A DNA stretch of 64,000 bases from Iphione sp. A-MEVVRFRX5 (GCA_976226885.1 OZ320313.1:63798001-63862000); one strand, 5' to 3'. Shown: positions 48,765-61,402, numbered from the stretch's first letter. Notes: a model not told the origin generated them from the letters alone. Program-made: numbers and translations.

Positions 48765-48823
48765 TATTTCACGTATGTGCTTTATCTCTGTCATTTGATG
48801 TGATGTTGTATCTGTCTGTCCCC

Positions 48824-48826
<3 letters not shown>

Positions 48827-48862
<36 letters not shown>
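48827..48862. repeat. (TC)n microsatellite
   Basis: Pure TC run about 50 bp from the trehalase donor site at 48913. Confidence 0.95.
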
Positions 48863-48866
<4 letters not shown>

Positions 48867-48913
48867 CCTTAGCTCTATATCTCTCTGATCTAAAGGAGAA
48901 CCCTAGCACTTAC

Positions 48914-49138
48914 CTTTTCAAACATGTGTCCTGTCTTCTTCCAGGCAACATAGTTGGTTGCCAACCATTTTCTGCTGATACGATAGGCCAAGTCCCGGGC
49001 ATCATCCACATCAGTGCTGGCAAGGCCCTTGATAGCTAGATGGGTGATAGGAGGCCAGGCGTTAGGGAAGTCCCACTGCTGGCCACTGTATATTGTGGAG
49101 ATGGGGACACCGGCCGGATAGTTGAGTACACCTTGGCT
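48914..49138 (-). CDS. TREH: Trehalase, internal coding exon
   Basis: Acceptor ggtcaaag, donor gtaagt, phase 0/0. Peptide SQGVLNYPAGVPISTIYSGQQWDFPNAWPP...TGHMFEK contains the QWDFPNAW signature and the catalytic Glu of FEK|Y. Confidence 0.93.
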
Positions 49139-51809
49139 CTTTGACCGAGAAGGAAAGGGAACAAGAGTAGTGAACTTCGTGCTAGTGGCAACCTTTGATG
49201 GATCGACATCAGGAAACATCCACAGCCAATCAGAATTGAAAATACTCCAACAAACTCTTTCGTTCTTTAGTCATGCATGAGGCAACTTGTAAATATTTCT
49301 CTTTGTAGAAAAGAACAAAGATATAAAAAAACTGTTACGGAGTTCGAAGAGCTACCCTGTGGGGGCAATTTGGACATAATTGTCAATGTTCAATGTTCAG
49401 TGTTTTTATTGACCCTCTTTGTTTGGTTAACAAAGATATAATTGGACAATTGAGAACAATATTAAACACATAGGTTTACTAGAAATCTACAGATAGGGCG
49501 AGGCCACATGGCAGTGGCCAGGTATGAACATGTCAGGGGTATGATTCAATAGGTCTGGCCGTTACGGCTCAGTTTCAGCTGCTTAGGTAATAAATCACTA
49601 TCATTACTATGACCTTTCCATTAAAATAATGCGAATTGCATCACAATCATATATGAAGTACATACACACCTGTCTACATTAGGCAGTGACGATTCAGATT
49701 GGTAAAAGGCCACAGTTATGAGAAGTCACACACCACATTGTTAGCTGCCCTTGCATCTGCTACTTAATTTGATGTTTTAGCAGCTAATACTATCTGTGCT
49801 CATCCCTTATGTGCACACATACCGTAACCTCATATATCATGATCAACCACCCTGTGATGCTATTCTGTCTGCATCCATCACGGTGCTCCATCTCAGTCAA
49901 GTCAGGCCCGTAACTTCTTACACATCCTGTCAGACAGCTCCACAGTCATTGCAGTTGGTACCGCATTTCATCCAGATTCACAACTTAATCGGTGAATTGT
50001 CATTCCCACCCACTCTACTACTATCTCACTACTCACTACTCAATGCCACACATATTGCATCACCTTCTCAGCTGCATACTATATTAGTTATTGTCAATCA
50101 TCACAACATTGATTGCCACATCCTCTGAGCATGCGTGTTCGTCAAGCTTTACATTTTAATCGACATATTATGATGCGTGTCTGTCTTGACACCTCATAGA
50201 TTCAGCTCCAGTTGCATATTCATCCCAGGCTATAGTGGCCTTGGATGGTATCACTCAGGTTGTTCACCACTCACCCTTAACCCAATGGAGCCGGCAGGTA
50301 TCCCTGAGGATACACCACATATGCCAGGGTGTATCCTCAGGGATATATCCATATGGTGTCGGGGTGTATCCCTGAGGATACATACACTGATACAGACAGT
50401 CTTTCATAGTAAGTAATAATTATCAAATTTAAGAAGAGAATAAGGGTTAATGATGGTAAATTAATAAGAATAATCATATTCTCGATACATATATTCACAA
50501 TTAATACAAAGTAACCCTTTATTACATTAATTTTCTGTCATAAGTTTACTTAAAGATGTATATTTGCTCACAAACCCCCTGGCCTCAAAGGGTATAAAAA
50601 TCATGATACACCCCGGCATTAATGTCCCCCTCCCTCACCAGGGGGCTGGTGTTAAAGGGTTAGCTAGTGTTCGTGGAGAACCTGTCACATGCTGTCCTCC
50701 GGATACCACAATGGCAGTCCAAGCAGCCCTTTTGGTTGAGGTGTCGCCATATCACCACCCCTGAACTCCCGACACTGGTTGGCACTTCCTTAATGGTGGT
50801 CCATCCTGTCTCTTTAGATGCTCTGGCAAGTTGTTCCAGAACATGGCCACACTGTATGTCATACTTTGCTTGAAGGCCTTGGATTTAGGGCGATCTACCT
50901 AGATCCTGGTTGACTGCCCACCTCTTATTTTTGTTCCCCTGGCCATGGACAACAGTCCAAACTTCACTTGTCTGTTAGTGGCAGCAAGAGCTCTCTTTCG
51001 TATGAACTCTTCTACTTTTTTCTCGATGTGAGCCCGCTTGCATATTGTCTTAACAGACACCTGGGGGTTGTTTGGTCACCTTGATATCCTGAGGGGTTAA
51101 CGGCAGCCTTGCCTATCGGCACGTAGCAGCATTTCCCCTCCAATAGCAGTAAGCCAGCACTCCTGCACCACCTAGCAACCAGGTTGACTGTGTGCTGGCA
51201 TGCACTCCTTAGGCACAGTAGGTCTCTCGCACTCACTATAATTGATAAGTTGTCTGCATATACAGAGGAGCCCCGCCTTCCGTAACCCCATCAATCGGAT
51301 TGCCGCAATAACCGTAAAGATTATGAATTACCAAACCTTTTTCTATATTAAACTGAACAATTAACCGGAAATTCGCATTCTGTATTCGTACACTATTTAG
51401 AAGCATTTTAGACCATTTAACATAGGAAAATCATTCAGTTAACCGGAGGAGTGTTGTGAGAGTCGCCTTATTGTCTCTGCGCGACAAGGGCGAACCAACG
51501 ACAATGGATAGGGGTCTGTTTGAAGTACATAGCGTCAGTTCCTCGGACAACACAGGACATCCGTTGATGCGCAGAGTAACTCAATAACAAAGGGACTTGG
51601 GTCGGGGACTTCTGAGGCCTTATCACACTTAGGTGAGAGGAGGCGGTAGGGAAACAAAGAATTTACAGTCCGCGACCCTGAGGTCCCTCCCGGGTTATTG
51701 TCTGCACACAGTAGAGGCGTGCTGGCCTATCGTCCTCCTGGGCTGAGAATTCAGCTTAAAAGCAGGAGGGGTGGAGCGAACGGTATCCATTCCTCCTGGA
51801 AACGCCAAG

Positions 51810-53317
51810 ATGTCTCAACCACCAGCCAAGCGACGCAGGATATGCATAACCAATGCTCAGAAGAAAGAACTCTGTCTCTACAAGGCCAACAATCCAGCCG
51901 TCTCTCAGACTGACCTCTGCACGAAATTCTCTACAAAATGGGGCTTTGCCATACCCAAGTCGACCATGTCTGACGTCTTGAAGAAATCAGATCATTGGAT
52001 CGGGCTATCGACTGATGAAGGTAACCTCTGCCGCACGAGGTCACCAGCCCAGTCCAAGCTCGAACAAGCATTGATGATCTGGTTTGCTGATGTCCGATCC
52101 AAAGGCGGCCTCCTCAGCGACGAGATTATTATAGACAGAGCTACTATCCTTGGTGGGCAACTGGGCCTCACTGATTTCAATTATAGCAGAGGTTGGCTTT
52201 GTCGTTTCAAGACAAGAAATTCCATCAAATGCTATAAGCAGCATGGTGAGGCCGCCTCAGTTAACATCGTCCAAGTTGAGGAGGGTCGTGCTGCACTTCA
52301 AAAGGCTCTTCAGGGATACGACCCAGAGGATGTCTACAACGTGGACGAAACTGGTTTGTTCTATCGGCTCAAGCCAAACTCAACCCTGGCGACTGCTCCT
52401 GTGACGTCACAGGCACAGACAAGCTTAGGCCTATGGTGATAGGCAAATCGGCCAAACCACGCTGTTTCGCAAGAGGTTTTGATCCTGGGATGTACTGCCA
52501 CTATAGGAACAACCAGAAGGCGTGGATGACCTCAGTGGTTTGGGCCGATTACCTCAAGATGCTCAATCAGCGGGCAAAGAGTCAGGGGAGACGATATGTC
52601 TTGCTCTGCAACAACGCCGGACCACACAAGACGACCCAAACATTTTCGCATTTGACCATCAAGTTCCTACCACCAAACACCACTTCCCACATTCAACCTC
52701 TGGATGCTGGGATCATTGCCTCTTTCAAGGCACAATACAGAAAGCGCCTGATCAGACACTATCTGGACTGCCTTGATAGAGATGAGCCCATGGCCACTAA
52801 TCTGAGAAGGGCCATTCTCATGCTGCATGAGGCCTGGGGGGCTGTCACCCAGACCACCATCAAGAAATGCTGGGATCATGTTAAAATCCTCCCAGGGGTC
52901 ACCCCACCTGAGGATGACTTCACAGATGAGGATGAGGTGCCATTGTCAGAATTGCAGGCACTACTCCAGGAACTGCCCACTGACAATGAAAATCCAGTGC
53001 TCACAGCTGAGGAGTACAACAAAGTGGATGATGAAGCTGAGACAGCAGGTGAAATGACTGACGGGGTCATCCTCAGTCTGGTGACTGATTCTGAGGTGAC
53101 AGAGGGTGAGGTGACAGAGGAGGACTCTGAGGACGTGGCCCTCCCACCAGTCACTGTGAAGGAGGTCAGCAGATGTGTGGATCTATTGGTGAGGGTCTGT
53201 GAGGATCAGCAAGATCTCCAAGGAGTCCAGTTCCTCAGAGGCCTCCTAGAAAGGACCTATAAGGCTCAGAGAGGGGCCAAGCAAACATTCATCTGTGACT
53301 TTTTCAAACCACAGTGA
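51810..53317 (+). pseudogene. Tigger/pogo transposase (CENP-B-type HTH plus DDE_1), frameshifted
   Basis: MSQPPAKRRR..LEQALMIWF..SRGWLCRFKTR..VYNVDETGLFY, then a short deletion and frameshift near 52400, then TDKLRPMVIGKSAKPRCF, LCNNAGPH (second catalytic D changed to N at 52610) and QPLDAGII. No internal stops within either part. Confidence 0.9.
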
Positions 53318-53421
53318 TTTTTTTTTTTTTTTTAAATATTTTTTCCCTCTATTGTGAATTTTATTGCTATTTATGCTTTGTGTATGAAGTTTACATGTGT
53401 TTCCTATAATAAATACCCTTT

Positions 53422-53655
53422 TCAGAGTGGTCCACAACTCGTAAAAAAGGCCGTGGGTGTATAGGATTCTGTCCCCTATGCACAAAAAGAACCCAGAAAC
53501 CTATTCGAAATAAGAGTAGGGGGCAACCCCGGGTATTCTGGTCTCTCAATTCTCAACAATAGATGGTAGTATGCTACCCCAGGAGGATATGGAAGAGCTC
53601 TGTCATGTGATAGAGAATATCTAGTTCCTGGTTAAAGATACAATGAAATGAATGA
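53422..53655 (+). mobile_element. SINE copy 3 (5'-truncated), nested in the Tigger 3' region
   Basis: ggtgtataggattctgtcccct...taagagtagggggcaaccccggg...ttcctggttaaagatacaatgaaat aligns with 15640-15855. Confidence 0.8.
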
Positions 53656-55424
53656 ATTATCCCTAACTGAATTTGACTTTCTCATCATTTTTCAGAATTT
53701 CATAAAAATCATTATAAATATAATATTTTGCCTATACTTTACCATTATGACAGTTTTCCCCACCAGGAGACGCATAGGAAGCTTTTAAAATCAATACAGA
53801 TCGATAATCAATAGTATCCATTAGGTTCCCATACTTTACCATTATGACAGGTTTGCCCACCAGGAGATGCATTGTCGCCGCTCGTACTCTGTATAAATCG
53901 ATATCCATACAAAATATCGCATTCCGGAGGTCGTCCGGAAGACGGGGCTCCTCTGTAATACAGCATTGCTCTAATCTGGCAGGCAGCTGAATAACTCATC
54001 AATTATGAGGCAGAAAGCATTAGACCCAAATATGCAGCCTGTGGGACTCCGTGCCTAATTTGTCTTCTTCTTGACTGCTGCCTGAGGCAATTGACGTATT
54101 GAGTATGATCACTAAAGTAATTGCTTACAAGCTTGCAGACTCCAAGTCCTTCAGCCTTCAGCCTGTGCAGTAGGCCCTGAGGAAGGCACTAAATCAAATG
54201 CCTTCCTCATGTCAAATGCAAGGAGGCAACAGCACAGTTCGGCACTGGTCAGTTTGCTGGCCTTCCCCAGCAGTGAGACCAAGGCCGTTTCTCTACTGCA
54301 CCTGTGCCTGAACCCATGTTGTTTCTGACTGATGAATTTCCTTTTATCCAAGTGATGCATAATCCCCGCGACGAAGCACTTTTTCAATATCTTTCCCAAA
54401 AGCAGAAGAATAGATACGGGTCTGTAGTTTCCCAGAGTATTGGGGTCCATGCACTTAAAGAGTGGTGTGACCCACACCATGCTTCATGGTAGTGGCCTGT
54501 TCATTAAAAAAATCCAATAAACAAAGTCTAGATTCAACAGCAGGAGAAGTTCCAGTATCCTTAATGGTATACCATAAAACCCAAGGCCGTGTGGGTATTC
54601 AATCTGCTAATTAGTGGTTGCAATTCAGCTGGTGCAGGGACCACAAGGTGGAATGTGTGACCATGATGATGGGAGGCAATGTCTTTACTCTCCTGTTCAG
54701 GCACCTCTCATGCAGTATCTTGTTGGTGCATTCAGCAAACTGTTCACACGCCTATCCAAACTACAACGCTGTAGATGCATTGTGTTACCTGGGTATGCCC
54801 TGGGGGTTTGTTGAGAAATGATATTGGTTAAAATTAACATCTCACCTATCCTGCACCCATGTCTGTTTTTGTTACAACCTGCCCATGACCGATTGATGTA
54901 TGTCTCATGCATCCATGTGCCATGTGTACAGATGCATGGGAAGTAGCTAGGGACTTCCTAACATCTGGATAATTCATGCAGTTCTGTGCATGAAAATCAT
55001 ATGCATATAAAAGCCCCCTTAATGAGAAGCATATTTGGAATGTGGTTAGATGACCAGTCGGTGATGCACAGTGCGCTTGGGGCGGAGTGGTCAAAGAACT
55101 GGGATGGGAATATCCCCGGTAACTTTTAGAGACCAATCCATTATACCATTGGATAGCAATAAAATCTGCAAGTATCTAATCTCGTCAGGCGTTTTGGGCC
55201 TCTGACCCCTTTTCTGGATTTCACTGAGAATATAATTTTTAATAGTATACTCCCAGCAGCACTGTTTGGGTTAATGTCAGAAAGTTACTTGCAGAGAGAT
55301 ATGGACCAAAACAGTTCATTCATTACTTATAGCTGATGGTGTGGAATCTAAATGTTTGTATTTACAGTGCAATCACTGATACCGTAAGGCTGTCTGTAAC
55401 GACCGCCTTCAAACATCTCATGTC

Positions 55425-55630
55425 ATCCCTGGCATAAGTACCCAGAAAACATGGAAATATGCATACTGAAATTCATCTACCAACCCCCAGACTCAGGCAA
55501 ATCCAAAGAACTAAGAAACATCCTGGAACTGAAATGGATACATCGCCTATAAACCATGTCACCACAAGGCCTAAACATTATGGATGGTGAATATCAAACT
55601 CACTGCTCACAACCACAAGTGGGAAACTAG
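55425..55630 (+). mobile_element. Penelope-like GIY-YIG endonuclease C-terminal fragment
   Basis: NMEICILK..KELRNILELKWIHRL*TMSPQGLNI matches the R...E..WI..L.T..P.GLN end of Penelope-like ORFs. Confidence 0.7.
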
Positions 55631-55739
55631 CCTCATCACAAAAACGAACCCAGTGATAATAAAATAACTTTTTGTAACTGTTTTAGTCAAAAATAAATCA
55701 TACTTTTAAGACGTTCCTAACAAGGAGGCCTCCCACATT

Positions 55740-55900
55740 TCATGCCTGATGAGACAACAGTCGAAACCGTGTTAATAATTATGAGTCTATAACCTAGGCT
55801 ACAGGACTTGACCCACCAATAAGCATTATGAGACCTGAAGGAACGCTCACCATAGGAACAATGTAAACGTTGATATATATCCAAGGTGCAACAGAATTGC
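55740..55900 (-). mobile_element. 3' fragment of another LINE
   Basis: RLHCSYGERSFRSHNAYWW resembles the G.RSF...A...W motif at CR1/L2 ORF2 ends. Confidence 0.35.
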
Positions 55901-57080
55901 AAGTCACAACTTGGTAGCAGACAGGAGGAGCAGAGCATTACCTCGTCTAACCAATAGGTCATTTCTGACAAAAAAAATGAATCTACCTAAAAAGTAAGAT
56001 GCGCCGTCAAGTCCGACCTTTACGTTAATATCTTTATAACCCAGGAAAATAGGACAAGGACATTCCCACAGATAAGGCCTACTGACTAACTTTAGAGGGT
56101 AAAAGCTCACAAAAGACAGTTTGTCTCACCCCTCCCTTAACCATAAGGACGAACGATAAAAGAAACAATATCGCTATACTATAAAGTATAGGGCCTTGCA
56201 GTATGAAGTTTACTGTAAGAGGTTTAAGCATAGAGTTTAATATAGCTAATAATACCCATATAGGAAGGTTTGGGTAATTAACTACTATTTACCAATATAA
56301 CAGGACTAATGTCATGGTAACATGGGCTTAGTTAATTAGGGAGCAATTATCAATAGGGCAGAGCTACAAGTTAGGAGTAGACATAATGGTTTTGACCAGG
56401 ATGAAGGAACATTCGCAAAAGGTTCAAGTCAAGTATCAATAGCGTGAGAGGGGAAGTAGTCATCAGGTAAGCATGACATGACAGGAATTTATTGTGCATA
56501 TCCTGGTACATAATGTGATGTGTCAGTCCATGATCACTCAATGTTTATGACCCAATGGGTATATGTCATGAGGGGTTGGGATACAAACCATGTGTTAGTG
56601 GTATGATTGTTATGTAAAATGAAAATGACAATAAAAGGAAAGCAGACTGACATTGAATAGACACTTCCATCTCAAGTGGCTGCTGATGGTTAGAGCTGGC
56701 AACGTGACAGGAGGCCAAGACTGAGGCTTGATTGAAATGTATTAAAGTGTTGGGTGAAGTTATTAGTGGGAGACTCTCCACTGGTATGTAAGAGTAATAG
56801 AAAAGAAGGTGGAACCTCCTACATTCAATTGCCGTTATGGCTTAGCAACCCACAAGGAGCTCGTGGTGGCTGAGATGTGTGAGGCTGCCTGGCAGTGTTG
56901 CAGGGCATACCCACAATATCTCGTGCTAAGTCTTGACATAATAACTATATCTTATTTGTCTCATCTCTCCCCACCATTCTTCCTTTCTTTCTTTTTCTTC
57001 TCTGTGTAGAGCTCCCTCTACAATTATCCACACACCACACATAGCGCTTCATACTTTGTACTTTTCTCTACTCAGCTCAC

Positions 57081-57292
57081 CTCGAGATATGTCACCACCT
57101 TCTGTGCCCTGGCACTGTCTTTGACTACCAGCAGTGGTAACACATTTGAAAGATAAAAGCGACGACTGTGCGACTTGGTGGACAGGTCGAAATCATACCA
57201 TATCCCATCCTCTGTGTTCCACATGAGGTCATTCATGGCATTAACTCGTTCCTTAGCTCGCTGCAAGTAAACGTCTACTTTATCGTTCTGCC
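57081..57292 (-). CDS. TREH: Trehalase, internal coding exon
   Basis: Acceptor ctcttcag, donor gtgagc, phase 1/0. Peptide GQNDKVDVYLQRAKERVNAMNDLMWNTEDGIWYDFDL...FYLSNVLPL...VVTYLE. Confidence 0.92.
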
Positions 57293-57510
57293 CTGAAGAG
57301 AAAAGAGAACAGTGAAGTAGTAGCACATAAATGAAAAGGATGTTCAATAGAACAAATGCAATAATGCCAGACTGTTGTGAGCAATGGATTGCAAATAGCA
57401 CTAACATGTATTAAGTAGGAAATGAACCATGTAGCTCATAGGCAGTACATTTCTGATGTTCCAATCATTTATACCGAAGCCAAGCTCGCAAAGGACACTA
57501 GTGTACATAC

Positions 57511-57758
57511 CTATAATACCAGCAAATTTGGCAAGTAAGCTTTCCATTTGGCAGAGGTAAGTGTTCAAGTCAGTTGGGATAATACTTGATGTCCGGATGG
57601 TGGACAGCTTAGGCTCACCCGGGAGGGTGAGGTCAAACCAGCGAGTTGAGAAATCCCAGCCGGTTTCTGCCCCTGTACCTATGTCTCTGAAGATGGAGGC
57701 TGCCATTGATGCATTCATGTCTTGAACTGCCATTAAGTCCTCTAAATATCCCTCAGGT
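57511..57758 (-). CDS. TREH: Trehalase, internal coding exon
   Basis: Acceptor ttctccag, donor gtatgt, phase 2/1. Peptide RPEGYLED...GAETGWDFSTRW...IIPTDLNTYL carries the catalytic Asp motif. Confidence 0.95.
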
Positions 57759-58605
57759 CTGGAGAACAGAGAGAACAGGAGCTGATTAGAGGGGTGCATA
57801 GTATCTTGTGGACAACTGTATCCGTATCTGTTTTTAACAAAAGACTTGCAGGTCTTTGATGTATTAATATATGGTAATGTTTAAAAAAATAAGATATTGT
57901 ATATGCAGTTCTAGTGAAATATCTGTAAAATGATAACCGCACAAATTGAGATGTAATTAATTTATGTGATAGGTCCCTGGCATCATACGGCAGTGCTGTT
58001 TCCTTGCCATGATAAAGGCTATTTTCAATTGTGGTCTGTGCAGCACAGGAGGCAGCATAGCGGGCAACAGGAGGTATGTTACCGTAAGGTAGGAGCTCGA
58101 ATGACATGTGGCAGATTTTCATAAATGCAGGAGACAACCAAACAGCATTTATGTGATTTTACTCTGAATTAACCGGCAAACATGTGCATGAGAAAAACTA
58201 AGATGGGTTCACAAGGAGTGTACCATGGTTGCGTTTGTTGCACAGGAGGACACGGATGATGGTCATCACTTAATAGTGCTCCAGACAACGCATCCTGTCG
58301 ACCTGTCTCATGTATCCAGGTCGCAACACTGCTCTGTTTAACTATGCCTTTTGTACAGCGCCGGCACTGCCACAGCATAACTGCTCATGCTACAGCATCC
58401 ACAACTGCGGGAGATGCCATTTGGACTAGGCCAGAGATGATTGGTAGCATAACAAACCTTTTGTCTGGCTATTCCATTTTGTCCCTCCCCTATCATGTCC
58501 CTATTCTTCTGTCTTAATTCCTGCCTGTGCCTCTGTGTCTGCTTGTATGTCCCTAGAAGATTGAATGAGAGACAGATCCAGCAGACCAGGAAAGTGGTTA
58601 AGACA

Positions 58606-59280
58606 GGGTACCCACTGCACAGGGATAGCAGGGAAAATGGCAAAAGCTTACCGTGTGAGGGAAAACACAGGGAATTTGCAAATTTGGGCCAAACACAGGG
58701 AAAACACAGGAGAACGATATTGGTTAGAATTTCGTCCATGTACAATATACTAGGATAGAATTCATGAGTAAGCTAGAAATACTTTGTTATTTATAAATGG
58801 AAGCAGCCTGACATTTGGGAAGAGCAGAAACTATAGATAAACAAATGTGTAGATGGAAGCTAAGCTAACTGAGGTAGAATGGCCAGGTGCAGTATGAAAG
58901 TTGTGATGCTATTATGTATAAAACACTGAATTGAAACTTCAGTAAACTGGTATACTTTTTAAGCCACTGGCGGCTTACTGTAATCAATGCAGAACAGGCC
59001 CTCTGTAGAGCTGGAGTTTGCACATTTGTCACAATGGGCTACACACTTTGTAGCTCACAGCTGCATCCAATGCTAGTTTTTCAAATCCTGTTCCTGACAT
59101 TAGACCTTGTACATAAAGGATGCATATGACATGCTAAATGACAAACTTTAATTATAATTTGATAAATCAAAGCCCTGCCATGTACACTTGTACAGACAAA
59201 AACGCAGGGAAAACTGTCGTGTCACAGGGAAAATATAGGGAATTTGAAAATGAAATTTGGGAGGGCATCCTCTTAAGATT
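58606..59280. mobile_element. Degenerate hAT-like MITE with cagggaaaa sub-repeats
   Basis: cagggtacccact start and repeated (a/c)cagggaaaa motifs at both ends; the right TIR is poor. Confidence 0.4.
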
Positions 59281-60114
59281 CCAAATGGGTTACCTACGTG
59301 GGTGGATGCATAGCTAGAAACGTAGGTGGGATGGTGCATATATACTCAGGCTGCACGTGCAAACAGGCTCACGTAAGCAGGCAACCGAGTCAGTAATAGT
59401 CGTATCTAGTCGTGAGTATTGTAAAGAGAACTAATAAAGATGATGTGAAAACCAAGGCTATAGTTCCAAAAACTGCTCATTTCCTTCCAAATGTGCTCTT
59501 TTGTAAGTCCTCAGCTAGAGCAACAACCAATCGGGATACCTCTTGGGCACCAATAGCCAATTAGGTAACAGTTCCACATATAGATACAAAGTAACAGAGT
59601 CAAATAATCATTGAAGTATCACATAAAAGAATGCTATCCTGATCAAGTAAAAGGGTCAATTGCAAATAAGAAGAGTGGGGCTATTTATTACGCGTATTAG
59701 CCAGTAGGCAGCCTAATACCAAATATGGGCCAGCAGCCAAACAGTAGAAATTTCCATGAAATCATGGATATTTCCATGACGTAATGCAGCTGTTTGTTGT
59801 GTGTCTTGTAAAATGTACTGAATGACCTCTACTGTCCCATGCCAGTTGTACTAGCTGACCCTATCAGCATCACTGTAGTAAGCTATTATAGACACTCCTA
59901 ATTATGATAAATGAACACTTTTCTACAGAATACATGCCCAAGAATCCAGGGAGATAAAGACCGGCGCTATGTGTGTAATGAAGCAAGCAATGTTCCATAT
60001 AATACAACCTTCTTGCAATAAAAAATATGATTGATATTTACTATTCTTTCACCCAAATCTTTTAGTGTACGTTAGATTTCAAACCATACTGCTTGGTAAG
60101 ACTGTAGCCATTAC

Positions 60115-60354
60115 CTTGGGTGTGCTATATCAACAAAGTAGCGAGACAGACGGTATTTCCGATCGCCTTTGTAAACAGTAACTGTCCGTTGCTGATCCCA
60201 AAAGTTGTACTCATTCTCCAGAAGTTTAAAGTTCACCCGGAGAAAGTCGGTGTCGTTAGTTGCTTCGTAATATGAATCCACCATGGCCGTGAGCAGAGGA
60301 GGCTGTGATCGATGGAGGTAGTAGATGCGACCACCGTTTGGGACCTTGCCATAC
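60115..60354 (-). CDS. TREH: Trehalase, internal coding exon
   Basis: Acceptor tcttag, donor gtaatg, phase 2/2. Peptide YGKVPNGGRIYYLHRSQPPLL contains the PNG.R.YY..RSQPP signature. Confidence 0.95.
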
Positions 60355-60728
60355 CTAAGATGGAGGAAAAACAATAACGAACTAAATAGGAACACAAGTG
60401 ACTACGATGGCTCTCTTAAAGGCATGCTGATAAATAGCCTAACCTCTCGTGAATACCAGATGGTTATTTAATAACATATATATACTGTACATATACGTGT
60501 ATGTACGTGTACATGTATATAAGTAAAAAGACTTGTTCTGTCCTAATTCTATCATTTAGAGATCTTTGTGGTCACTAAGACTGTGGGGAAAAATCAGAGA
60601 CATGAGTATGTTCCATTTGACTACGGGAATTTTAAAACCAAGAAAAGCTGTGGGGATTATTTTTAGTACATTCGCATTTGTTTCTTGCTATCCTGCAATG
60701 CATTAAATATGTTTCATGGAATACTTAC

Positions 60729-60821
60729 TGTTTCACCAAGTGGAGTAGATTATCAAGCATGTTCCGAGCGGTGTTTACCATACCTGACAGGAGGAGTCCA
60801 TTCACAATCCAATATGTATCC
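60729..60821 (-). CDS. TREH: Trehalase, internal coding exon missed by the ORF track; upstream exons lie beyond the window
   Basis: Acceptor tttgtatttag, donor gtaagt, phase 2/2. Peptide (W)DTYWIVNGLLLSGMVNTARNMLDNLLHLVKQ matches WDSYW...GLL. Confidence 0.92.
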
Positions 60822-61128
60822 CTAAATACAAAGGAAAGTGAGGCAGCACTGTAACACAGTACTGGTAATAAAGAAAGTGTCATTGGGAATTATGTTCTTA
60901 AAGTACTGTGTTGTATAGTGTACAGTTAGAAATATATAAAGTAAAGCCTTATATGAAGTACTACTAAGTGAGCACATTTTTCGTTCTAGTACTCGTTTTC
61001 CAAAAATCAGTGTGTGCCGGAAATCATTCCTATAAAACAGTGTATAACCATTGTATTTCAAGTCAAGTTAACTGTGAAAAATGAACAGTTATCAATGAGC
61101 CTTTACAAGATCCTAGATGCTAGGCACT

Positions 61129-61372
61129 TGTGACGTCATGATATCTAAGACCTAAGGTACCTATTGTGTAGTTGACATATAATTAATGACTAGGTCTGGT
61201 TCTCGCAATGTGTTATGTAGCTATGTCAAAGGGAATTGAGTATATAAGGGAGTTGTTCCGATGCTCTCTTTAGACTCACCTACCTTGATGCTGATGAATG
61301 CTGACTCACTGTACTACTGAAGAATAAAAGCTGATATTGAACCTCCTGGTGTGGTGTACCCTTTGTGTTACA
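61129..61372 (+). mobile_element. 5' LTR of a Gypsy element (antisense, in a trehalase intron)
   Basis: TGTGAC...GTTACA termini, TATATAA at 61241 and AATAAA at 61323. The LTR might instead end at the CA at 61380-61381. Confidence 0.7.
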
Positions 61373-61384
61373 CCCATCTCATTT

Positions 61385-61402
61385 TGGTGCCATGACCAGG
61401 AT
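61385..61402 (+). promoter_or_regulatory. Primer-binding site, tRNA-His-like
   Basis: tggtgccatgaccaggat versus TGGTGCCGTGACTCGGAT expected for tRNA-His (15 of 18 match). Confidence 0.6.

Larger units (their letters stand above)
51263..53955 (+). mobile_element. Full-length pogo/Tigger DNA transposon
   Basis: TIRs cagaggagccccgccttccg and cggaagacggggctcctctg (19 of 20 match), TA at 51261-51262 and 53956-53957, and an internal transposase. Confidence 0.92.
50540..55140 (-). mobile_element. CR1/L2-type LINE relic interrupted by the Tigger element
   Basis: Minus strand: degenerate endonuclease region (55100-54600), LGNYRPVSIL, QHGFR..SRETAL, AFDMRKAFD, HGVPQAAYLG, MLY | Tigger | YADNLSII, and C-terminal SMTYSVAMFWNNLP. 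Confidence 0.85.

Noticed and set aside
50279-50447. Complete piggyBac MITE between TTAA-CCC and GGG-TTAA
   Set aside because: The ends match only over CCC/GGG, with no real TIR.
49139-57080. Missing trehalase exon in the 7.9-kb intron
   Set aside because: The flanking exons join in phase 0 as TYLE|SQGVLNY, collinear with known trehalases, so nothing is missing.
58169-58378. FLYWCH/MULE-like zinc finger (WQCRRCTKG...HHP)
   Set aside because: The Cys/His spacing does not fit and there is no supporting transposase motif nearby.
57742-58745. Several 60-135 aa ORFs in trehalase introns and elsewhere in the ORF track
   Set aside because: They have no family motifs, start context or codon bias, and lengths like these are expected by chance or from TE debris.
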